Shown: piece by piece, positions 10,001 to 20,802 of the stretch
Layout of the letters: the number at the start of each line of letters is the position of its first letter
How positions within the stretch are numbered: position 1 is the first letter of the stretch
Assembly: GCA_964247055.1 (NCBI GenBank)
Contig: OZ176052.1
Coordinates: forward strand, 2,046,001-2,110,000
Direction of reading: 5' to 3'
DNA length: 64,000 nucleotides
From: Paragordius varius
Taxonomy: Eukaryota; Animalia; Nematomorpha
Position numbers and translations under genes: made by a program
Notes under the pieces: model-generated
The model's database searches: none
Told to the model about the DNA's origin: nothing
What the model saw: the letters and a program-made list of their open reading frames with translations, nothing else

Positions 10001-13000
10001 TTGTCGCTTTCAGCTAGGAGTGTTGTTTTATCGACGGCATTTTCTACCCCACCACCAACCGTAGTAGTATTCAAAGACTCCTGTATAATCCGGTCAAATT
10101 CATCATAAATTTCTTGGAATTTTCGTGCATTTGATATGCTAAAACTTTCCGTGGCATTTTTCAAATCATCCACCGTCAGGGCTAAACTAAACAGTGATCG
10201 CCTAAGGTTGGTATTTAGCGTTGAGTTTCGTGTTTCACTGCTATCTATTACTCCAATATTGTTGCAATTACTGTACATTGCTTGATTGAATGGATTATTT
10301 ACCATAGCTGATGTTGTTGTATTACCAAACATATTTGAGCTATTGTTAATATGATTATACCCTGCTGACAGTATAGAAGATGCCTTATTCATAAAGGGAT
10401 TTGATAGTCTTTGTTGTTCAAATTCCCACCCCTCCATTTGTTGCATTTGTTGAGATAATCTATCGTGTAATCTTCGGCGTTCTACGCCACCCCAAATCTT
10501 ATTGCTACAGGGTTCACAGCATGTCTTTACGGCGCCATTGCTATCAATGTACTGTAGAATTTCTGTCGTTTCTGTATTATTGTTTGTGTTGACTAAAAAA
10601 GGATTATTGGAAGCGTTTAAGAATGGGCTTTTGTTGAAAACATTGTTTGTAGTATGATAAAAATATTGTTCACCAGGATTTATACCGCATGTCGAACATT
10701 GATGACTGTTGAAATTCGTATTATTGGCTCCTACGTTACATTGTTGTGGTAATCGAGTTTGAAAGGTAATTAGGTTTGGTGTGGCGACGGGCGGATAAGA
10801 GCCTGGAAACACTTGAAACATTTATTAACTGACCCAATGGTACTCCTTTGAAATTATATTCAGAAAGGAAATAAAAAAAATTGAAAAAAGTTAACGCATT
10901 GTGTATGAAATCATTAATATTAACGCTTTATGTAACAATATATAAAAAATGATAAAAGAATATATGTGTTCTAAAATGATAGTATCCTATTTGTGTATAA
11001 ATTTATTAGGTTTATATACTTGGTTTTTTGACTCAATTATCGAATCTAAATGCGAATAAGTTGGTCGTCTGTAATGTATCGTTAACTCGGAAAAATAGCT
11101 TAGAATAACAAACGTAGCGCTAAATCATTGTATAGGGTTGTCCTTTATTTTTAAAATATTGTCACTAGAGTTTAAAAATGTTAGACCAGCTTAAAATTGA
11201 TATAAAAATCTATTTGATAATATTTTGATATTATTAAGTCAATTTGTTTGATGTGGCTCTTGAGCCCATTTTTCATAAAAATAGTAATATAGTATATTAT
11301 ATGGTTTGCAATCGGAATATATTTGCAATTTAAGGATTTTTTCCAACTGTTTGATTTTGTTTCTAGTGTTCTATTTAACAAATTGAAAAATTCTACCGTT
11401 TTATAATCTTTTATATATTTGAGGTGATAATTAATATTCAATTACCCATGCATATGTGTATATATAGGAAAAATTGTGTTTAGTCAACAAGAGATTGGAC
11501 CTTTGGTACGACACGCAAGTTTAGACAATAAAAAATGTGAAAAAGATATTGGTTACCCTCTATGGGTCACTGGCGATCACGCCTATGATGCTATTTATGT
11601 TCCGGAAAATGATACTATATACATTGTTGCATCAACTGAAAATGTTAAATCTTTTATAAAACTTTGGTTTTTTTAAGTTATTTATTTTAAACAAAGATTG
11701 ATGGTCTATTTTGACAAATTTGAATTTTTATAGACTCCTAAATTTGAATAACAGTCTGAGGTTTTTTTGAATAAACTGAGTATTTTAATGAGGAAAAAAT
11801 TTAGGAATTATATTAACTTTTTTGTTATAATTTTAGCAAATATTCTTGGTTCAATATTGTGTCCGAGATCAAACATCGATTTGTAAGGCTGTGTTTTCTA
11901 TCACCGACGTTTCAACCATAGCCGAAATTCATAATGTCATTTTAGTCCATAATAAAAATGTTGGACAAAATAATGGTGATGATAGCTCCCATTTATTATC
12001 AAATTTAGCAATGTTTTGTTTAATTAAACCCAAAACGGCATTTGAATACATTGCATGCATTGATCTGGAAACTGGAAAAGTTATATATTTGCTAACCTGA
12101 AAATAATTTTTAAAGCTACTTTTTTTAGAAACATATTTTTTAATACTACCTATTTTTGGCTATATAATGACAAAAAGAGATTTTAAATGTCAACACAATC
12201 ATTAATTTGCAATCGTTATCATATATCAACGGTCAGAAAATATGGTTTTTTATATAAAAATAAGCCATTATCTGCTGTTTATTGTTTTAAAATAAAAAAT
12301 ATTTTAATTTTTATATCATCAATTTTTTGGAAAATTTAGATAAAACCAGTATATTCAATAATTGACGAGGCACAATCTATTCCTCAAGATTTGGAATATA
12401 GCCAAGCGCAAGAGATTAGTTTTAGTTCTCCTTACGATGGGCGTGATGTGTTTTGTTATTTATATCTACCAACAAAAGTTAAAATTTTCTTTTTTTCTTT
12501 TAAATATTTTATTTTATAGGATTTCCATATCAAATTAATCTTATGTATTTATAGTAAAATTTAAATTTTAAAAATAAACTGTGAAAACTAAAGTAGAGAT
12601 ATTTTTCAAAAAAATTAACCATATACGATTTTACAAAATGCAACCTTTTGTTTTGGGTTGCAGAATACGAAATTTACGTATAAATTGGTAAATTTCTCAA
12701 AACTGCTCATTTATTTATATAATTTAATGATGAAATATATTATCCTTACTATATAAAATAGTTTTACTTTTTACATATTCTTTATATCCCATTTCATATT
12801 CACCCGAACAATTGAAATTACCCATCGAAAAATTGAAATTCACCCTCTAACAATTCAAATTCACCCTGAGATAAATTGTGTTTTTGAATATTAAATATTA
12901 TTTTATTTTTTATCAAGAAATTACTCGTTTAAAATTAACATAATATTATAAAAAATAGATATGTCATAAAGAATTAATTCATATAATGATAAGTTATATT

Positions 13001-16000
13001 AGCCCGAAAACCCATAATTTATTATTAAATGTGAATTTCAATTGTTCGAGGGTCAATTCGAATTGTTTAAGGGTGAATATTTGAGGTGTAAATGGTATAT
13101 TAAGCTTTTTATTTTTTTTTAATATATATTTAGCCCGTGTATGGTGATAAACCTCCATTAATAGTAAATTCTCATGGTGGACCTACAGCCAAAAAGTATG
13201 ATTCACTTGATTTAAAAGTAAATTTATTTAATTTTTTTTGATAAATTAATTACTAAATTTAATCCTTAAAATCAATATGTTTTTTTTGTTAGTCTACGCA
13301 ATATTTTACATCGCTGGGATTTGCTGTTTGCCATGTTAATTATCGAGGAAGCTTTGGATATGGCAAAACTTATCGTGATGCCCTATACGGAAAGTTGGTA
13401 TTTATCGTTTTTGTTTTATATATACATATTATCAGTGGACGTCCCTATTTAATGGGCTTTTAGAAATAACTTGAATCTATATATTTATGATCTTATGGTG
13501 ATTATCAAGAACCTTTTTGATTTCTAAATAAGATTGTACATTTTGAGTTTAATTGTCTAAATGTTAATGTTGGTATTTATCTTTTTTGTTTTTACTTATT
13601 ATCAGTGGACGTCCCTATTTAATTAGCTTTTTAAAATAACTTGATTCTATATATATTTATGATCTTATGGGGATTATCAAGAACCTTTTTGATTTCTAAA
13701 TAAGATTGTACTTTTTGAGTTTTAATTGTCTAAATGTTAATATTCCTGGGGTCCTGATAATTAGCCAAAAAATAAAAATTTATACTTTTTTACATATATT
13801 TATAAATTATCAATTGAAAAGAATATTAATTATCATATAATTTGTACATTTTTTCACCAAAACGATCAATCATTATAGAGAAGTCCACTATTTATGGTCT
13901 TTTCTTATATATATACCTAATTTATAAATATAGTATTTATTTGATACTTTATTAACATACATAGATGGGGTATCCTTGATGTACATGATTGTTGTGATGC
14001 CGCCCTTTATATCGCTAACAATTTAGAGTTGGTTAGCCCTAAAAATTTGTTTGTAACTGGTTCGTCTTCAGGGGGTTATACGACCCTCGCATGTCTAACT
14101 TTTAGACCAGAGGTCTTTAGTGCAGGTAGGTTTCTTTTTTTTAAATTTTAAATAAATTTTTTGGTAAAAATAAAGATATACATTTTTTTGGAATATACCA
14201 TTTTACTGTCTATTTGTCGTAATTAAATATCCTAGAAAATTATATGCTTAAAAATATATTTAATACATTAAATTTATTACCTTATAGGTGTTTGTAAATA
14301 TGGTATATGCGATTTGAAGGCATTAGACCTAGAAACGCACAAATTTGAACAATTTTATACGCAAAATTTAGTGATGGGAAAAAGAAAACTTGTGTCTATT
14401 TCTAATTCAACTCAAAGTAAATATAATTATGAAACATTTATGTTAAGCGTTTGTGCATAAAACATCTTTTTTCTTTTCTTAACGTTTTTATTTTATTACT
14501 TAAACTTGATCGATTTTTTTATTGCCATTACTCACTTTTTAATATAGATTTGATTTTTTCTGCAACTTTTATAAGAAAATTACAATTTATGCTTTATGTG
14601 TTTTAATTAATTTATATATACATATATAAAATTTATTTCAATTATAATAGTCAAGGATGATAGTATGAATTCGTTTGGTGATATGGATTTAGAAAAGGAA
14701 TATTATAAAAGATCACCAATACATCATGTCAAAAATATTAGAGCTCCAATCGCATTCCTGCATGGAAAAGAGGACAAGGTAAAAAAATTAAATAACAAAT
14801 CTTATAATTGATGAATGTAAGTTAAGAAAATTATATTTTTTGTGAAAATCCAAAATTAATCGTTTACCAATAAAAAACCTAGTTTTAAAATGTTGCCCTA
14901 GTTTAATTTATAATTATCCAATTTCATTTATTATATTAATAGATGGTGTATAATATACCATTTACAATTCAAATTTACCCTTGAACAATTCAAATTCATC
15001 CTCCTCAAAAATAAAATTTTAAATTAAAATAATACTGAAAAAATAATAAACTATGCTATAAACATATATTTTATATTAATAATCAGTCGTAATAGTTCGT
15101 AAAAACATAATTTTTTTAGGGTGAATTTGAATTGTAAACGGTATATATCGGTACAATCTTTATATTGGAAAAACTATTTTATAGTATAAGTAAACATTGC
15201 TAGTTTTTTTATCAAATATTGTCACATGGCTCTCGTTATAGCTAAGATCGGTGTCGATTTATTGCTATTTCAAAAGTGTAGTTAGGCCAGATTGTACGGT
15301 TAGGAGTGTGATGGATATCAACTGTTGCATTGATACTTTGGTTTCTTTAGTTAAATTACTATCGATCCAAGGCATTTTACATCTGTCTCGTGTTCTTGAG
15401 TCTTCAACTTTACCTGACATAAGCAGCTGATACCCCAAATTTTTGGCTCTAGTAATGTGGCCAAAGTAAGATAGTTTCATTTTAAGGCATAAGCCGTGTA
15501 TAAGGATATTTCAGGTTGGATTTTATCAGGGATGTCAGTGTTTTTAATTTTTTTCTTATTTATCTGTAGCAATTTTCTTCAGCACCACATTTTGAAGGCA
15601 TTGATATATCTTACGTCACCTTTTCTTTATTGTCCAACTCTCTGCGGCTTACAGCGTGCTTTGGAAAAATCAGAGATTTGACTAGTCTGATCTTGGTTTT
15701 AAGTTTGATATCGTGAGATGACCATAGTTTATTGTAATTTATCATATTTGCTTTGCCGATGCTATTCTTCTTTTAATGTATGGGGTGATATTGTTAGACT
15801 CGTTGATTAGACTGCCAAGATAAATGAATTGTGGTACTACAGTGATTTGAGTGCCCATAAATGTTAAGTTATTGTATTGTATTTGTGCATTTATATGCAT
15901 GATTTTTGTTTTATTATAATTCATGTTTAGACCGAATTTTCGACATTTGGTGGTAAATTGTGCTGGGAATAAAATGAGGTTGTCTAGTAAGAGTGGATAG

Positions 16001-17009
16001 TAAAATCGTGTCGTCAGCGTAATGAAGCGAGGATATCGTGTTGCCTACAATTTTTATTCCAAAAAACGAAACTCTCTTATGAATCATCGCTTTGCAAAAG
16101 TCTTTGATAGCATAAGGCACACGACATACTCTAGAGCGCGCTATCTCAAATCATATCTGAGGATCTAATTAAATAATATATAAAAATCTTTATACGCAAA
16201 TTCAACTTTGAGTATATCAACTCAGTATAAGCAACTGGGTATACCTATGAACAATGTATTCTCTTTAACACCTGCATCGAATACATGACACGCAACGTAG
16301 ACAAATCGTTTGGAAAGATTTCCGGTAACATAATATCATCGCTTCATTACGCATACGATAAACACTATTCTTCTGTCCAACTCCCTAGAAAACCACATAG
16401 CATTTATATATAAAGAACAATATTATTTATTGAAATCAAAAAAAAGCGAAAAAAACTAGTTGTTTCTGGGAACATCTCTGTACAGTAAATGTGAATAACA
16501 TGCAATATATTTTTACACATGATGTACTGTTATATTAAAGTGATTAATAATTTGTTAGGTAGTACCACCCGAACAAGCCATAACAATGTACAATTCATTG
16601 ATTGAAAGAGGAATACCATCAAAACTTGTATTGTTTGAAGGTTTGGCTGCTTTTAACATTATTTTCCTTATTTTATTACAATACAGTATGCATTTTGATG
16701 ATTGCTTATTTTACACTATAGTAGGGTAATTCACAACACAATAGTGTATCAAAAGAAGAAAGGAAAAATTGTTTATTCAATATTTTGCGTTTTTTTCATA
16801 CATTACTGTGTTGAAAATTGTCCAACTATAGTGTGAAATAAGCAACCATTAAAATGCATATTGTAATATTTTTGAGAAGAAATTTAATCATTTTTTGCTC
16901 TAAATTATGTAATTTTATAGGCGAAGGTCATGGATTCAGGGATCCGAAAAACGTTAAAGCAGCGTTAGAGGCCGAAGTGGAATTTTATCGCTCATGCATT
17001 ACCAATTAA
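7009..17009 (+). CDS. S9 (prolyl oligopeptidase clan) dipeptidyl/acylaminoacyl peptidase, intact catalytic triad
   Basis: Exons 7009-7099 (or 7083), 7125 (or 7145)-7211, 7241-7683, 7965-8277, 11468-11643, 11837-12079, 12340-12477, 13134-13217, 13293-13393, 13965-14125, 14288-14416, 14651-14778, 16559-16640, 16921-17009. Motifs: [56 protein letters not shown] (nucleophile Ser), [16 protein letters not shown] (Asp), EGEGHGF (His). The start codon and first intron are uncertain. Confidence 0.93.
9020..9245 (-). mobile_element. Decayed non-LTR (RTE-like) reverse transcriptase fragment
   Basis: Minus-strand frames give [28 protein letters not shown] and IKSSWGNWK, matching the GLxxNxxKT / YLG / RIxxAWxxW succession at the end of RT. 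Interrupted by stops and frameshifts. Confidence 0.6.
9532..10821 (-). CDS. Intronless 429-aa orphan protein nested antisense in the peptidase intron (CxxC...CxxC, NPF motifs, acidic/Ser-Thr region, poly-Lys tail)
   Basis: 1290-nt open frame, about 40% GC against an AT-rich background. ATG is immediately preceded by an in-frame TAA, and AATAAA lies on the minus strand at ~9404-9409. No recognisable family. Confidence 0.8.
   Translation of the reverse strand: MFQVFPGSYPPVATPNLITFQTRLPQQCNVGANNTNFNSHQCSTCGINPGEQYFYHTTNNVFNKSPFLNASNNPFLVNTNNNTETTEILQYIDSNGAVKTCCEPCSNKIWGGVERRRLHDRLSQQMQQMEGWEFEQQRLSNPFMNKASSILSAGYNHINNSSNMFGNTTTSAMVNNPFNQAMYSNCNNIGVIDSSETRNSTLNTNLRRSLFSLALTVDDLKNATESFSISNARKFQEIYDEFDRIIQESLNTTTVGGGVENAVDKTTLLAESDKKSKDAKSTAEKKDKTQVKKTPVESDDVSSVTSVTDVTTTEESASETSLETVADKDKTVKVNTDDSTATEASSVTDASDVDKGATLPEKKGAEAKDTESSSSKKKKKKKKHKKKKADDDDGGAKSDGESGGSSKKKGKKKKKKKGKKKKKHKKKKD
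12787..13097. mobile_element. MITE family 1 copy (core reversed relative to the 2770 copy)
   Basis: TCCCATTT...AAATGGTA termini, 3 plus 2 subterminal repeats, shared core in reverse orientation. Confidence 0.8.
13427..13742. repeat. Tandem duplication, ~170-bp unit
   Basis: tatcagtggacgtccctatttaat...tgtctaaatgttaat occurs twice at high identity. Confidence 0.9.
14956..15143. mobile_element. MITE family 1, internally deleted copy
   Basis: TACCATTTACAATTCAAATTT...GGTGAATTTGAATTGTAAACGGTA. Confidence 0.8.
15200..16130 (-). mobile_element. 5'-truncated, decayed RTE-clade non-LTR retrotransposon (RT C-terminal half)
   Basis: Track ORFs give [47 protein letters not shown] and [12 protein letters not shown]...[17 protein letters not shown]. 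An intervening frame reads AFKMWC*RKLL. Multiple stops. Confidence 0.88.
16255..16385 (+). mobile_element. Second RTE RT fragment, opposite orientation
   Basis: ggtaacataatatcatcgcttcattacgc is homologous to the minus-strand ggcaacacgatatcctcgcttcattacgctgacgac (YADD region); upstream it reads [11 protein letters not shown]. Confidence 0.7.
16682..16865. mobile_element. Palindromic MITE (TACAGT...ATTGTA) with ~75-bp arms
   Basis: tacagtatgcattttgatgattgcttattttacactatagt is the inverse of actatagtgtgaaataagcaaccattaaaatgcatattgta. Confidence 0.85.
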
Positions 17010-17187
17010 AGGAGTCATCTTATTAATTTAATACTCTTTACCACCAGTGATGTCATGTGTGATTTAATAAATTTCTAATAAGCAAATTTATATGTTTTTG
17101 TAAAGAATGTATTTTATTATTATTTGTTTCTTAAAAGTGATTTAAAGATAAAAAAATTGTTAAACATATCAGGATCATAAAAATGTG

Positions 17188-20100
17188 TTATGTAGATTGG
17201 TTTGTTATACAGGATTCCACAACACATCCTTCGGTGCAAATATCGCATACATTTCTTAACCTTTCAGTCACCGTATCTAAAAATTTGGTAACAGCCATTT
17301 CTAAAAGAAAAAAAGTTATATAAATGAGTTTGGTTTTAGATATATTAAAGATCTGCTTATATATTTTTAATATACCATTTACAATTCAAATTCTCCCTCG
17401 AACAATTCAAATTTTCCTTCAAATATATCAAATTCATCCTAAAAATAAATTATTAATTTTCGGGCTAATTTAACTTATCATTAATATGAAATATATATAT
17501 ATGGGGCATAGTTTATTATTTTTTCAGTAGTATTTTAAATTTTAACATAACTATATTTTTTAAAAAAATAAAAATATATAGTCTATTTTTACTCTTAAAA
17601 ACGCATAATTAATTTTAGGGTGATTCGAATTGTTCGAGGGTGATTTGAATTGTTCAACGAAGAATTTGAATTGTTTAAGGGTGATTTGAATTGTTTAAGG
17701 GTGAATTTGAATTATAAATGGTATATATAATCATTTCGGGTCAATTCATTTTTGAGATCTATTTTTGAATAAAGTAAATAATATGAAAAATCGATGGTCA
17801 AAAGCCATATAATAGAAAAAATAATTGAAAGGAAATAAACCAGGGGAATGATACTAGAAAGTTCTATTATTAAAACGTTCAAATACCATTCTACATGCGA
17901 GAAGGGTAATTATATAAAAAAAAGTATACCCGGATTATAATATTGATAAACTTTGCAAGGAACGGGTTGTTGTTTGATGACTAAATCGATGCGTTTCAAT
18001 TTATAATCCAAACATTTCTGTTCATGGCCAATCTAATGTTGTAAAATGTTAAAATTTATATATATATACATCTACATGTAAATTACAAATTAAACAAAAA
18101 TAAAAAGTATCATACGTTTAAAGCCGTATAAATATAATTCATTAGATATCAATGTTATATTTATTTTTAATAGGGCTTAATATAATGGACACCACTGTAT
18201 TTATTTACGGGAATGTTAATCTTTTTTTTCCTAAATAAAAAAAACTCAACATTAAAACGTGATGAATTTAATTATAATCATACATCATTGAGGTAAAAAA
18301 CCAATTTTCCTCCCTCCTCTTTAACTGAGGCCAACACATCGATCAAACTGACCGAATTAATGTCAGGTTTAAAACCGGATGGAATTCCCATTTCCAACAT
18401 AATGAATCCACTTTCTGAGGGGTCCTGTAAGTTCCATTTTGTACATGCCTTAATGCCCAACGTTTCGTTCGAAAGTATGGAAACAATGAGTAATGTGAAT
18501 GGTTTGACTGTTTCAACATTTTTGCTTTCTTTTTTTACTCCAGTCGTCTTTAATTCTACAATGATAGTATAACATATTTATAAATTTGGAAATTATAATG
18601 TTTTACAGTAAAAATTGCAATTATACAGGCAAATTTCATAACATGTTAATAGATGTATTTTTTTTCAAAAAATAACCATACTTTTTTCGACCTTATAATT
18701 GATTGTGTCACCATTTTACATCTCTACTTCATACTTTAAAAATTAAAACAATGAGTTTTAAAAAATTAAGTACAGCGGTCTTTTAAATTGTCTTTATGTG
18801 TTTACAATTTGTCTGTAAAATATTATATTTTACTGTAATTTAAATGTTTTCGGTCTAACTATGAATTTTACCCGTAACAATAGTTGTGGACATAACATCA
18901 GTCGTTATGAATGGGGGTGTACTAAATTTCTCAAACACAGTTAAATTATTTAACGACGCTTTAGTCGTATTATTCTTTATTTTTGTCAATGGTAGTGTTT
19001 TGTTTTTAGAACCGGTTTTATTTTGGACCTTTTTTATGACAGGCTTAATTGTGATATCGTTAGAGTTTATGTCGACTGCCTTTAAAATAGAGGATAACTT
19101 TTTCACTTCCCTTGTTCCTTTGGTTGCTACACTTTCTGGTACATGATATTTTGTGGTGATCTAGAATATACAGTAAAAACTGAATATATACAAACAAAAT
19201 GTAAAAATATAAAGACTTTTTCAAACTACATTTTTTTAAACCTTAATTGTTCATATATAAATTATTAAATAATTATTGTAAAATACATAATAATTGATTA
19301 TGTTAACAATTTATACATCTATTTCATACTTTGCGGGTTATATCAATAACATAATTATATTAAAAAATTAATTTTGAAAAATTACACAGGTCTTTTGGTA
19401 AAAATATTTATCTTTTATTTTTACGTTTGTCTGTATAATTTTTACTGTATTCATTTATTGTAATTATTGGTTATGTTACCAATTTATATCTCTATTTCAT
19501 ACTTTGCAGTGTGAAACAATGAGGGAGTTATATTTTAAAAAAATCAAGTGTTTGAAAAAGTTCAATGTTCTTTTGTGAAAAAATATTTGACTTTTTATTT
19601 TAACGTTTTGTCTGTATTTTATTTACTCTAAATGCATTTATTTAAACCTGTAAAAGTCCCACCCCCTGACCAGCAGCTTTGATTAACAATGTAGAAGGTA
19701 GTGGCGATTTAGTTGTTGGGAGATGGATTGATTGATACAATAACACATTGGAAGAATCAACTTTGAATTCATTTTCGGTGTCTTTATGGCCGCCATACCT
19801 GACACGAACTTTAAAAGAGGGATTTGGACAAAACGTAACCTCAGAAAATGTGGATAATGCTTGCAAAGCGATAATTGTGTCCTGTAGCATAAAATATTAA
19901 TGTTTATAATTAAAAAAATATTTACGGTATTATATTATAGGTAATCATTTTCAGCTTAACTGCAAAAAAATTCGCATTCAAATTCGACTTTTATACATAA
20001 TCCTTGGATATTGCGGTCGAAATTTGTTCGAATAATTGAACTTTCGTTAAGATTCGAATTTACTCCAGGCCTTCATTTCATATACTATATGCAACTCAAA

Positions 20101-20765
20101 TTCACCCTTGAACAATTCTTCGAGATATGAAGTATATTTTATGTCTTAGTTTGTTTATTATACAGTATAATTATAATTAAAAAAATTTCATATCATAAAA
20201 ATGTATAATACAGGTAATATTTAATCTTAAAAAAAACATAAATTATTTATGATTATTTTAAATTAGGGCATTGAATTGTTCAAGGGTGAATTTGAAGTAT
20301 AAATGGTATAATAAAAATGGACCGAAGCAACAAATATTAACTAACATAACAATGAAATACGTAAAAAAAAAAGATTTATTTATAAATCACCTTATATTAT
20401 AGTATGGTTTTATCTAAAAAAAAGTTATCTCTAAATGGGTAATAAGTATAAAAAAACATTGTTTTTTTTATATTAGAAGTGTGCGGCCAAATAGTTTGAT
20501 ATGGGTTTTTTTTAAATTGAATCTCAGCTATTGATGCATAAATTAGAGTATTATTAAAGCTGATACCATATAAAAGCATAGGCTGACATATTTAACAGTT
20601 TTAATATAAGGTTGATTTTAGGTCATTAATTACCCCAATTCCTAAGAAGGTTATAATTAATTTAACAATTTTTATAACCTATTTAGGCAACTTTTCATAA
20701 TAATAAAATATATTTAGCTGAAATCGTATATTTTAAAACATGCACAGAATAATTTAAAGAAAAAG

Positions 20766-20802
<37 letters not shown>

